Made by a program: the position numbers and the translations under genes
Notes under the pieces: model-generated
Seen by the model: the letters and a program-made list of their open reading frames with translations, nothing else
What the model was told of the DNA's origin: nothing
Database searches by the model: none
In this document: positions 12,449 to 25,364 of the stretch, in pieces
How positions within the stretch are numbered: the stretch's first letter is position 1
How the letters are laid out: every line of letters begins with the position of its first letter
Assembly: GCA_000934665.2 (NCBI GenBank)
Contig: KZ537987.1
Span: 62,001-126,000, forward strand
Direction of reading: 5' to 3'
DNA length: 64,000 bases
From: Catajapyx aquilonaris
Taxonomy: Eukaryota

Positions 12449-15400
12449 TATACGTACGAGATGCGTCTGCATGAATCTGCGCAAGTGATAGCAAATCTCA
12501 TTCGGATGCCCGAAGGAAACATGTTTGCGAGATATCGACCTGGTGCGCCATCCTCGGCGTGAAATTCGCGCTAGAGTCGCGAATTGTTACTTGTTCCGTG
12601 TACAATTAATGGTCCAGAGGAGCTCATTTTTTATGAAAAAAAATTGAACGTACAGTCTTTTTGCCAAGAGCCTATGCAATGTCTGGAGTTGCGAATTCAG
12701 AGAAATGAAATGGAATGTTCCATTTTGGAAGCGGGCGCAACGTCCTTTTAAGCCGGATTGACATTTCGCTTAAGGATTAGGCAGTTTTTTATGCTAATTA
12801 ATCTACATATTAAACTGTTGTATGTTCTGAATTTATCACGTCAGACAACCTAGAAGGGTTAAAATTGATCCAAGATAATTTTTTTCCCTGTAAAAGCTAT
12901 TCACTTTTGAATCATACCATAACATAAGATGGGTCAGAACATACTGATAGAGGAACGGACCTGGGGGTCAATTCATACAGTTTAAAAAAAAAAAATCTGC
13001 TTAAGCTGCACGAGTGTATAGTCTCCCATATAAGAAAGTTAATCTGGAGCGATAATTCGTTGATAATTTGGGCGTCGTCGATGCTGCATGCAGATGAGGT
13101 TTGAGCGCCATCTTGGAAACTAATTTGCCATCAGGAGGACATAATGTCTGCCATAGAAAAGCGGTGCAAGTCGTAGAGAAAGCTTCCATCCAAGAAGTGT
13201 CTGGCCTCCGTGCACCGTCACACAGGTGTTCACCCTGTGCATACCCAATGAGGCAGATGTGAGGAAACGCGCTCCGTGTCAGGGATTGTAAAACCTCATC
13301 ACGGCCTTTATCTTACTGCAGAGCCACCTCCCAATAGTGCCTAATGCGGCGTAATTTATAACGAGTTCCTTATACGCCTGCTGGAATTGTATGCCGGGGC
13401 GTATGTGCCCGGGCGTAATCGACGAAACTTTTCGGAGCTGTCGGCCGACAAATTTTTTTTTGAGGGGGGGACCACGATTTATGGCGAGTGCTGGCGGGCA
13501 CGATTCGGCTCTTTGAACAACCATGCGATTTGTGGACAATGCTACGGCTAGGGACTTATTTTACGCTCGATTTTAAGCCGATTTATTACCAGAATGCAAT
13601 TTTTGGTGGTTAACTAGAATTTGGACACACAAACAGTGGTGTATCTTTTCCGTCACATTACACGAGGCCCGACTTGCATAGGCTCAACTTACGTAGGTCC
13701 CGACTTACGTAGATCTGTACTTCCGTAAAAAAATCCAGTGTATGGCGTTGAACTGCATGTCTGACGAATTATTGGCATTTAGCTCATGTTGTTCCTCTGT
13801 GCTTCAGTCTTGGATGAACATTCCTCTTGGTCCATACCTGTGATGTGTTGCCAGATGTTTGTAATTCGCTGTGCGGGTGTAGAGCGAGCAAGGGGCAAAT
13901 GGTCCGGAAACTATCGGTAATAGTTGGGGTGCGGTCTGCCCTAGCTAGCTAGCTTCTCTCTCTCTCTCCTTTTCACATGCTGAATAGACGGCCGGGGGTC
14001 TTTGAAGGCGGGATCTACTCAAGTCTTGTCATATCCCTCTGCGGTCGTGAGGAAATTGAAGAGGGGCAGTCTCCAGCCCTGGAGTCAGGTGCTGGAGAAA
14101 GAAAAAAAGAAGAAGAAGAGGTGTAATGGCCGGGCAGTGGCGTGGCCGTTAAGCGTCGTGTCGGTTATCGAGTCCTTATAACGTTCGATTGGGAAGCCGG
14201 CTCTCATTCGCCGGCTCTTTTTCTCCTCTATTCTGTCCCATCTCCCATCCTCTTTGCTGACGATGTGGCGGCTTATACTACCCTGGACCCAAATCCGGGG
14301 CCTCTCTCTCTCCGGACCAAATCCTCTTCACTGCCTCATCTCCATTTCCTACTTAAGTGAAACTTGCACTGCAGAGACTGGGAGGGAGAGAGAGAGAACA
14401 AAAAGTAATTGCTGATCTGGCCTCAAACTGAATATAGATAGGTTCGCCACTCTAAGTACATAAATACCATTAGAACTTTGAGTAGTACATTGACAGCATG
14501 TTTGCCAGATGTAAATTAAACTTTTCTGTCAATCCGTTACACCTCGGATGATAGGTACTAGTGTGAACTTGTCAAATCGCTAATGGCGTAACAATGCTGC
14601 CACCATGTTGGATAGAAAGTTGGTACCTTTGTTAGAAAGAAAAATAAGCGTTTAGTTATACAGTAGGTACGTGCTTGTAAATACATAAATCCGCATCGAG
14701 CAAACAGCAAACTTAATTGCTCATTAGAGTTTAATTCCGGTTAAATTATTCTTGCCCCTGAAGCTTCAAGTGCGCCTAGTGGACTGAGCTTTACTCGCTA
14801 CATTACGCATTGTAGTCACAACACTGTTGTCTACTACCCGAGGCTAGTACTGGCCAGCCTTGCTCCCTTGCATATATTCCCATACCGGTACGTGAATATT
14901 AACGTGGAAAGTTGAGCCAGTGCAAACATGAAACTTGCAACACTAACAAGCTCGCAACTTTTTATTATTATTTAATTTTTTATTACTAGTACGGAGCAGA
15001 TTTTTATTAGGAAAATGTTGATCCAGCCTGAAGAAAAATCGGATTCGTTGTAATTTAAGCGAGAAAGGGGGGCATCCACGTCGAGTCGCCAAAATTTATG
15101 AGCGGCAATAATTTGGTCCCCCCCCNCGTTGGTGGAAGTGCCTTCCCGGATTTTTCTGGCAAGAACCCCCCCCCCTCTTCGAGAGAAGAAAAAGGGTCCA
15201 CAATGGAAGATGCTGCAGAGGCAATTGGTGTGGGGGGTGAGGTCTACCCCAGGGGCATACTACCCCCCTCTTTCCCCTGTAGCCCCCACCCCCCTCGGGA
15301 CTTGTCGACATCCGCGACATCCCCCGTCACGCTCTCATTGTCTGCATGGTGACCGGTGACAATTTGCGGGTGAATGCAATTTGTCGGCTGGCAGGAACCG

Positions 15401-15764
15401 GGAGGAAGTGTTCATTTGGCAGCACAAAGGGCCGTTTGGATCCTTTTATGGGACTTGTATGGCGAATGGACTTACTTGGTGTTCCTAACTAGCTCCAAGA
15501 GGGTGGGATGGGGGAGGAGGAGGAGGGGGCCAGGGGGTGCAGATTTGTGCTGTTTCTGGCGCCTAGATAAGGCCCTGTGCTCACGCCATCAGGGCCCGGC
15601 TTTTACTTGAGCGACTATGAACATACGGCTCGGGTGACGGACATTCCCTAAAATGAGACGAAAGGACCTTTCCTTCTATAATAACAACTAACCATCTCAC
15701 GTAACTTACAAACGGTTTAAACATTCTTTCGAATGTTGCAGAGGTTTGTTGTAACACGTGTATG

Positions 15765-15807
15765 TACACCCTAACCTAACCGAAACCTAGGGTTAGGTTA
15801 GGGTGTA
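15765..15807. repeat. Inverted repeat built from telomere-type units
   Basis: TACACCCTAACCTAACC - 9 nt spacer - GGTTAGGTTAGGGTGTA; perfect 17-bp arms. Confidence 0.85.
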
Positions 15808-15831
15808 AGTAGGCCTGCACATGTTACCTTG

Positions 15832-15913
15832 CCTAACCTAACTTAACCCAACCTGACCTAACCTATCCTAACCTAACCTAACCTAACCTAACCTAACCTA
15901 ACCTAACCTAACC
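15832..15913 (-). repeat. Interstitial telomere-like array (TTAGG)n, about 16 units
   Basis: (CCTAA)n on the + strand with four variant units (CTTAA, CCCAA, CCTGA, CCTAT) in the left half. TTAGG is the ancestral arthropod telomeric repeat. Confidence 0.9.
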
Positions 15914-18900
15914 AATGCTTTCCTAGGAGTTTCCATACCCATACCCAGGACGAGTGGGGACTTAAATCCGGTTCGGGAAACAGTTGCCACCAGCCTGAAC
16001 GAAATGGACAGTTGGAGCAGAGTAATGGGTTGCAAAGCCCGTTTTAAGAGAACATTCTGCGGCGGGTCCTTGATGCATATGGTGGACGAGTAATTAGGCG
16101 GGAAGTTGGGCCGGGGACTTTTATATCTCCCAGTGTGTAAAGGGACGTAATGAGCCACCTTCTCTCTGGCTCTCTCTCCCTCGGCCAGGTGCTAGCCTCT
16201 CACATTAATTCAAAGAGAATGAAACTACTTGTTACTGCCCTGCGGCTCTTTCTGCTGGATAGACTCTGTTAGGCTAATTATGCACGCGGGGTGGACACTT
16301 CCCAAAAAATAACCGGTTCGAAATTATGTATATGTGCGGCTCGGCCAAACTTTGCTTTCGGCCATCATGGAGCTGAACACCAACCTCTCTTTCATTATTA
16401 TACATACGGAATTATCCAGGCAACAGATTTGAGTTAAAACCGGATTCAGTACAGTAGTGCACACAACCCTAGACAAATCAGTCGTCCCCGAAGTTTAGGC
16501 TGCATGTTGCCAACTAGGAGAAACTCCTGGTCCCCCCCTGCAATTTTCGTATTCCAAGTCTCTTTTGTGCTTCTGCCTAATAAATTAGTGCGGCAAAAGG
16601 GAGAGGGGGGGTACCAGCGAAGAATCGTGTTCCGCATCGTGCTGAGCTTTGCAACTTCTGAGAGTTTAGCAGATAAAAGCGGGGGGCCATGGGGAGGAGG
16701 TAAGGGAGCAAAAATTAAATAAAACCAACCCCTAGGTGTCGACCCATTTCAATATACTCCCATTTGGTTTTTTAAAGTATAAAAATGTTAGTTTAGAAAA
16801 AAATAGAGCTTGGTCCTGCGGTGTTGAAATTAGGTTTTCCGGGAAGGACACCGGTTGTGTCCACATGGGAGCCAAATAGAAGCATCAAAGGAATACTATT
16901 GCAGCGACAATAGTCCCCCAAGTTCCACCCCATACCCCCACACTATTCATCCTACATATTAACATGAGAAAGGCGTAACCCTGATTTTGTATTGTTCGCC
17001 CTCAACCCTGCTTTGACCCCCCCGGTTCTCAACGGAACTAACGTGGAACACAATTATCGAGCGTTAGTGTAACTATCTCACGCTTTTTGCTGTTTACACC
17101 TCGCAATTTTTTTTCCGGGCCAGACCAGGCCTGCTCTTACAAAAAAAAGGCCCTTTTTGCAGCAGATGGAAAAATGATTGGCTGACGTTAACGACCCTTG
17201 CATTAACTTTCCCACCCCTGCGCCATAAAAATCTCAATGCACTTCGCAGTTCGTTGGACACTATAAAAAATTGAGGGGGGAGAAAAATGATGTGGACGTT
17301 TTTTTGTCACATCTGTGACGCAGGGTGGGGGGGAGACTTCTTTTGTGTCTCAAGAGGCATATAAGTGCCTTATTGTCGCAAATGGGGCGACCCCCTACAA
17401 TGCATGTAAGGTCGCTTGAAATAGCTGATAATAGAAACGGATAATTCGTCAGTTCTTTGGCTCAAGTCGGACGTGAGGTGTCCGGGGTAATAATTCGTGC
17501 GTCCAGTTTTGTCAAGGGTTTTAAGCTGTACTGACGTTTTGATTCCGACCTTTACATATTTTGGGAGACAGGACCAGATGGAAAGGGTTTTCCGGGAATC
17601 TTCACACTCTCCGTTTTCCGGGAGATTTAAAAGCATTTCCATGTCTTCGCTGTCACAATAATTAAATCTGCCTGCGGGTTCTACGTGGTCTACTTGGCAT
17701 TGAGTAGGGGGAAAGGAGCACTTGACAGATTCTGCTTATGAAAGTCGAAAGTGAGCCATCCTTCTCTTCAAAGTGATATATAATCATGGAGCCTGGGTTT
17801 ATTTTGCGGCTGTAGTCATGCATTTTCCAAGGTAATGCATAGTACCTGGGACCTGACCTAATTAAATCCCTAGCTTGCCTCCTTATTACTGTACATGAAT
17901 TTATGAGTTCTGGAGGACACGTCCGGACTTATCCAAAGTTTGAGGACGTCATAAACCCTGCGCTGATAAGCGGATTCCCCAGCAGTTTGCAAACTCTAGT
18001 GTGACGTCTGCATTTTTCTGGAGAGCAAGTTTAATCAGCAGGATTAATTCGTTAATTAATTTATTAAGAATGACGTTGAATTTTTCTCCCACAAAAATGG
18101 TCCGATTTTCATCACCTTCCCTGGGTGCAATTTGTCGCAGTCGTCACCAGAGAGGGCCACCATACCCCTGTTTACTTACCAATTTCGGATTTGACGTGCC
18201 CAAGTGGAGCGCGTCCTGGGCATTAATTCCCACCCAATTATCCCCGGTAGGGTTGACGGATTAATTTAAGGTCATAGGCACGGTCATCAATTGGATTAAC
18301 GGCACTCGACGCTCCACTTTTTGTGTGTGTCTCTCTCTACTACTACTAGCTGTAGCATTAGTCGAGCAATTTTTGCACGCTGGTCATAAAAAAACGGCTA
18401 CAAAAGTAGGGTTGTCAATGGGGCCCAGTTGTTGACGATGTCACGAAGAAGGAACTGACACAAAAGGGGGGATCAATCGGGTTATGATGTCAATGACATT
18501 GCGGACACTATTTATGGCACCAGGTCAAGGTCAGTGGGTACGATCAGAAATAGTCATAATGATAACTATTTCATGACTTTGGGTCGGCTTTCTAATGGCG
18601 CTATGAATTATTTGAGTAATTTTTTCGTTCGGAATTGTCCGATTTAATTCCGGTGTAAAACCAGTATATTCTATTTAATTCGGGTTTTCCACGTCGATCT
18701 AGTGCAAGTACAGAGGGTGAAATAAAATCGGATCGTGTCTACCGCAGTGTCAAACCTGCCTTAGAGTAGCTGCAGGTGATAATGAAGGTTTTTAGCCCGC
18801 TAGTTTTTTTTTCTCTCTGTGAGGCCACAAGCCCCCATCGATTACTGTCTGTCTGGTCTTACAGGTAAAGTGGCTGCAATTACATTATAATAATAAACTA

Positions 18901-21900
18901 CCGCCAGGCAAATCGATACTTCCAGAGCTCGAATATGGCTAGTCTATATAAAAAAGCGCCATATTGGGAACAATTTTGCATTTTGATACCGATCCCTGCC
19001 TGCAAAAAAAAAATATTCAGGAAATAGTGCAGCTGATGCTTGCAATCGCTCTAAACTAACATGGATCGCTGTACATCATTTGCAAAAGGTTGTGTTGCAG
19101 TTCGATGGGAACTGATATGGACTGAACAACACGGATAGAGCTTGTGGATTTTTTTTTTAAATACAAAGTGAGGGTGTTGACCGTCGATGGAGGGCAAATG
19201 TGGTCACCTGTTTGTGGGGGGTTCGTTTTATCTAAATCAGTGCGGTAAAAGGGAAGGTCGTTTGCCGCTTCATAGCGTGGCACGCCATTGCCGAATCAAC
19301 GATATGTCAGAGGGATCGACCCAGCGGCAGGCTATTTGTTTTGCTAAGAGATGTGCTGAAAACTTTTAAATTATTCAGGGTCACGAGCTAAAGTCGGATT
19401 GATCGATTTTGCTGTACTGTTGACATGCACTGTACAAAAATAAGTTGTCATGTTTGCACCCGAGTTGTTTTTTTTTTTTTTTTGAGGCAACTATCGCCTG
19501 GTACAGACGAAATATCATGACCTTTTCATTGCATGGATGACTGTCATTTTTGTCACATGAATCATACCAAAGTCGCGGAGAACAACGGGCCTTATCCCCC
19601 CCTACTGCTGCATGGCATTTTCAGACTCAGGCCAATTGGAATTGGGTGCATTCACCAGATAGCAGAAAATTGAGGATTTAAGCTTCAACTGTAGGGGTGA
19701 CTCAGCAAGAATGAGAAAATCATGCATCATTCACCCCCCCTCTCCCATCCTATGATTTGTGCAAACACGATGGCCACTAGAAAATTGGAGCTGAGTCACA
19801 TTCTGTGCTTATGACGAAAGGCGAGAATGGAAATTAAAAATTCCCCTCCCCAAGCTTCCTGATTGGACACAGGGACTCTTTATGCAAATGCTGGGGTATC
19901 ACTGTTTATTAAGTCATCGCCAGCTGGTCTGAAGTTTATTTATCCAAACAGCTGACTTGGGCTCATCCGAGCCACTAATCACGCGTAGACTTGTAAACCC
20001 ATCTTTAATGCAGCTTTAACCCAGAGCCGTATCTGGATCATTAATGAACTGTATACACGCCAGCTGCGTTACTCGTTATAAATTTAAGCCCAAAAAGTAT
20101 GGGGCTCCCCAAGTCTATTTGCGAGATGCCTTTGAAGTGAAATTTCATTAATGTTGCCAACGATATCATCGTGCAACTAGTTTGGCAGAAACAGAGACAC
20201 ATTTCGGAGTTGCTTTTAGGGGGAGTGACGCAATGGATGTCACCGGATGCTTTTATTGGTCGGTGTAAGTCTTGAAGGACCTGCAAGGCAAACAGTCATC
20301 CGGACTTATTGGCTCAAAATGTCGAGTGCTGTTGGGGGAATATTGGGAAGTTGCGACATGACCAATTTGTGCGATTGGTTTGGACAGTGGCTGTGGGATC
20401 AGAAGTGATGTTCAGTTGCTGGCGGCCAATCAGGGAGAGAGAAACAGGCTTTCCTTCTGATTGGTCGTTTAGCAGCCAACCTGATCTAAACTATAACCTT
20501 GTAATGTCCAGGAGAAAAATAGTAATGAAACTTTTTTTTTTTTTACATACCGCCAGCAACATGACCCAGTTGCCCTGAGAGGAATATTGTGATAATCCGG
20601 GTGCGTGTTTTCGTCAGACGTGCAGGCCCCAGTGTGCAGCATTAATGGCCATCAATATGAACGACCGCCGGTGCTACTAAGCCGATTTCCACCAAGCCTC
20701 TGCGCTCTTTAGTGATTTTGCAGCCTGTCCTGTATGCAAATGAAAGAGTAGGGAAACCCAAACCTCGGACGGTTTTCAATGAAACAGCTCTGCAGACGTC
20801 AAAATTCGAGTGTCATCGAAATGTTAGTTTATGTGACCTGAAAGGTACACAAAGAGGGTGAGTCAGTATATGCAACACATGAGTGCGTCTTGAGCTTCAC
20901 AAAGGAGGGAAGATTTCATTTGGAACTTTTCATCTCCCTGGCCAACGCACCGGGGGGTTCAGAGGTTACAAGATTGGTTTCCGACCGGTCCTCCCCATCA
21001 AGTCATTCAAGTCTTTTCTCTCACTTTTCTGCGTCTCTTGTTTCACGCGGCCATGAGTCGGATTATTAGAAATCTGTGACATTGCGATGGGGCAACAGCA
21101 AAAAAAAATCCGTTTAATTAGACTCGGAATCAATAGAGATGGGGGGTGACAACAGATATCCCCCTCCCAACCTTTGCAGCTTTCTTGTCTCCTTGTGTCG
21201 TGTCATTGAGCAGCTCGTGGGGCTCCTCAAGTGTCTTATTGGCACGGCTGCAATGTGGGTTGCTGTCTGTGGGAATTGTGAGGGTAATGGAAGAATGCCA
21301 GATATTCGGGGCTCCCCCCCCCCCCCCCCCCCCNCCCCTCAGAGTGCAATCTTGCTTTTGTAGGTTTGCGCTTGATTCGCGTCCTGCGTCGCCGGAGAAA
21401 GACTCCAGGAGGTCAGGAATCAATTTGGGTATCTTTTTTTCTTCAGGAAAAGGCTGCTGGCATTGCAATAATGCTGGATTAATTAATGAAGGGTTGGCAA
21501 CATGTAGTGTGGTGTCCATTAGATATGCATAAAGAGGGATTATGGAGCGCGCAGTGGCACACGGGGCTGTATATAGCCATTGTTAACGATGTTGTAAGCA
21601 CGCGGGTTAATTACTAAACGGGAGTCATGTTCTTGATTTTTCTGAACCTACAGAGTTCATATCGCCAAGAACGTGACTACCATGTTGAAGTGGGCCGGGG
21701 CCGGAACAGATCCGGTAAATAACGAGCGACTCTTTCGGCATGTTATGGCGTAAGAAATACGTGTCATCCGATACCTAAAAGCGGTGTTTTAAATGCTTCG
21801 ATGGCTATTACCATGGGCTGTAATATACTTGCAGGGCCAGTATATAACCTGGCGTCGGATTATACAGGATTCCTCCGCCATCACTCTCGCAGTAAAAGTC

Positions 21901-22451
21901 AGCAGGTCCGTTGTACAGCTCGGGAGGAGTCCTTGGCAGTCCCCCTTAAGTCCTCTGAAGCGTCGACTTAGCTTGTATTACCGTAATTTCCGGGGTGTTA
22001 ATTCGGCGGAAGGAGGGAGGCAGTGTTGAAAACCAGAGTTGGGTGTATAGCGTTAAGTTAGCCATCCAGGGAGCGATGACGCACCCTTAGAACCAAGTAC
22101 CAGGGACGCAATTAATGCTGCATAAATGCATACAAGATCCATGCAGGTGGCCGAGCCTGGCGGGATAATCAGCCTGGTAATTGGTGTTTAAATTTTATTG
22201 ACCGGCTCGTATATACAGCTCGTCCCCCCTCGGGCCAGGAGGGGGTTGTATTGTTGGGAATTGGCATTGTCGTGGGGCGCATTCAGTAAAGTTCCCCCTC
22301 ACATGACTGTACGCTGCGGCATTCAAATTGACTGGTTCATTCTGCCAACTCGGAATGCTTGGTGCTCATACATCTCATACATTTCATCTGCTAGGAATTC
22401 AGACTTTGTTGTGTAATATTTGTACTTATGGTATTATGTAAATCTTTGCAG

Positions 22452-22551
22452 GTGACTGGAGTGGTCGGACGAGCCGAGACGTTGGCTTCCGTCTTCTTCT
22501 TGGCGGCCTTCATGTCTTATGCCAAGTGTACTTCGAGGCGGAAGCGGACAG
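22452..22551 (+). CDS. TMTC3: Internal coding exon of a TMTC3-like protein O-mannosyltransferase (first of three in the window): [33 protein letters not shown]
   Basis: Acceptor tctttgcAG at 22450-22451, donor GTaagc at 22552. The exon is 100 bp (33 codons + 1 nt). The peptide matches the TMTC motif VxGxVGRA(E/D) and is colinear with my recollection of human TMTC3 [23 protein letters not shown]. Confidence 0.95.
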
Positions 22552-24725
22552 GTAAGCACGATTTAAAATCAGCTGGTTTGCATTTTTCTGTAGGTCGAAA
22601 AGTGGTGAAAATGCCAACCCCCTTCTCTTACAAAATCATGTTACATGCCACTATGGATAGTGTTTTTAACAAGTGTGAAGCTCCCCTCTCTTTCCTTCCC
22701 ATTACTAACTAGCGAATTGAAGTTCTCTGGCCCGAAAATAATAGGATTGGTCCTCCCCTCTATCCCTGCCTCTCCCCACCGAACTAACCGCTTCGGGATT
22801 GGTGGAAACCCTATTGCATCGGTACACTCTTGTCCAGTTTCAACTGAAAAAAACGTTCTACTTAAACTAATTTCCACCATTAGTTTAAAAAATCAACTGA
22901 TGTGTAGATGAGACTGATTTTACCACCTGTTATAAGTGGGAAAAAATGCAATTTTCCCCCCACTTGCTAAGTGCAAATTGAACGAGAGTGTAGCCTTAAT
23001 GAAATAATCCGTTGTATCGGCCCTAATTACAACTGCTCTTGAAAAAAAGGAACAAAGCCGACATGCCGAAAAAGAGTTTGTGCCGCGGATCAAAATGAAG
23101 GTAAATTGTGAACTATGTATACATTATTTCCACTGATGATCAATCTATGTAAACTGTCGTTTTTAATTGAAAATATTGTGGTGTCCAACCCTATAGAAAT
23201 GTATGGATTAGCCGTGATTCAAACCCTTGAGTCAGACCCAATTACACCAACCCCTTTTCCACAAATGAGACATCAACATGGCTGCCTATTGTTGCTTTGC
23301 GGGACTAATTAAGACGCGGGATCAACCCCTTTACCATGTGTTGCCCGATGCTTTAATACTCTGGGGGAGATTTTTGCCTATGAATATACCCTGAGTATAT
23401 GGGTGATTCAAGACTCAATTAGTGAGTATGCAGAGAGGGCAAATTTTGCGGTTTAGGTCTCGGGAGTGCTTCCTGGTGACGTGATAATAAAGCATGATTT
23501 TTATTTTTATTTTGCATGGAAGTAGCTTTTTTTGCTATATAGTAATGGCAGGCTCGAGTTACGTGGAATCAGGAAAAAGAAAGCTGATCCTCCTGTAAGC
23601 GCTTTGGTGAAAACAGTCATTTCCTAGCGGCACGGAATGTAAAACGATAGTCGATTTCAGAGAGGGGGCTTTTCGTGACCTATCAAGGAAACGCTTCCGC
23701 GCTTTTAAATTTTCCAGCGAGCTTGGATGTATCGGGTGTCAATTTTTTTTCTTCTTCTTCTTCCTTTTCTTAGCTCGGGTGTGATTATCATGCTTCGTGA
23801 GATGAGCCGTATTATGACGTAGTTATAGCCCTAATCAGTTGGAAATAGAGTTTTATATCGGATTATTACTTTCGTGATGGCTTGGCACAATCGCCCAGGT
23901 GGGTGGGCAAACTTCTTTTTTGATTCACTTGGAACACGATTCTGCTCCCTGTGGTGCCAAATCTCGCCTTCTTTGGCTGTCCTGCTGTCTATCCAGGTTG
24001 TTCTAATTGTGTTTGAACATTTTCTGCGCTGTACATGGGCCATTAAAATATGAGAAAAAAAAAGTTCGTATTGAAGTAAGCATCAGGGGGTCAACAAGGA
24101 TGTTTTCATTCAACCTAATGTTAGAAGCAGTACTTTGTACAGCAGCTTAGTTCAAAAATTGAGGCGACTGTGTTCCCACCGTCTGGCCTGGAGCACACTA
24201 TTTTTTTTTTCAACGTTGCAGATAGTGTGTTTATGGCAGTGTGCGTATGTTTGGGTGGACTGGTGGTAGTAAGAGGGTAGGGTGAGCAAGCCTCGTGGGA
24301 AATCAAGCTTAGGCTCTGGAATCCGACTGTACCTCGGTCCAACCCTCCCTGCCCAGAGCATCCTAATTAAATGCCAGGTGCGGAGATGGCCACCAGAGGA
24401 AAAGCTTACCCCCTTTTCCCCCTCCTCTCTGCCCTTCTTTTTCCATTGCGAATCATGGCCTCTTTTTGGTTGCTCTGCGGCTTGATTATTCCTCCTTGCT
24501 TTTCCCCACCACTCACTCGCGATTAGGTGCAGCCCTTACAGTGCAAAGTGCACCGGGCGCAAAATGCTCCAAAAATCCTCTGGAAAATTTTGCGACCCTA
24601 ATTTTATGCCTTGCTTCTCCGACGTTGAAATCGCAGGGTGACGTGAATTCTAGAGCATTTGCAGTGGATTTTAAAGTTTTATTCGTATACGCAGATGGTG
24701 CTCTCTGTCGGCGCCATCTATGGAG

Positions 24726-24793
24726 TGAAATGTGGATCAGCACGTGGAGCTAGGCCTAGCTAGGCCTAGCTCCGTGTGCTGATCCACATTTCA
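24726..24793. repeat. 68-bp near-perfect spacerless palindrome
   Basis: TGAAATGTGGATCAGCACGTGGAGCTAGGCCTAG|CTAGGCCTAGCTCCGTGTGCTGATCCACATTTCA has 32/34 Watson-Crick pairs. A partial third arm lies at 24795-24814. Confidence 0.9.
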
Positions 24794-24858
24794 TTAGGCC
24801 TAGCTCCACATGCTTAATCGATTGATGGCATACAAAATAACAAACATTTAATTATTAT

Positions 24859-24989
24859 GGGTGGAATTTTCGACCCACTGATAGTCACTGCTAACTTAGC
24901 AGTACCAATGTTGTCACTGAATAGTACCAAGAGCTCTTGATAGTACTGATAAGTTAGCAGTGACTATCAGTGAGACGAAAATTCCACCC
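24859..24989. mobile_element. 131-bp MITE, PIF/Harbinger-like
   Basis: 47-bp TIRs (GGGTGGAATTTTCG...CAGTAC / GTACTG...CGAAAATTCCACCC, 3 mismatches), flanked on both sides by TAT as a putative 3-bp TSD. The superfamily is inferred from the GGG termini and 3-bp TSD. Confidence 0.75.
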
Positions 24990-25194
24990 TATGTGTTTCA
25001 CAGTTTTAGACCCATTCACTTCAGTGCCATCAAACTGCCCCAAAAAATTCATACAAGTATATATAAAAAAACCATGTCCAGTACTCCTAATGATATTGAA
25101 CGGTCATGCCATTTGCTCATACTTTGCCTTTTGAAGCGAACCCTCTGCTTCATGCGTATTGCGTATATATGTACAGACTGCAGTGGTTTCACTG

Positions 25195-25364
25195 GGGCAA
25201 ATTTCAATCAGCGACATGTCGGCAGTATCTGTGACGTTTAGTGCGTGGGAATCGCATGAAAAGTTGGCTTTTCTATCAATCACGGTATCAGTTGACGTGA
25301 CGAGATTTACTGGCAGCCATGCATAACACTGGACATGCGGAACGCTCGCGTTTGAAATTTGCCC
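25195..25364. mobile_element. Possible MITE with 13-bp TIR
   Basis: GGGCAAATTTCAA ... TTGAAATTTGCCC; no clean TSD. Confidence 0.4.

Noticed and set aside
15765..15913. Chromosome end-to-end fusion site
   Set aside because: The inverted units run CCTAA then TTAGG, the reverse of a fusion signature, and they are very short.
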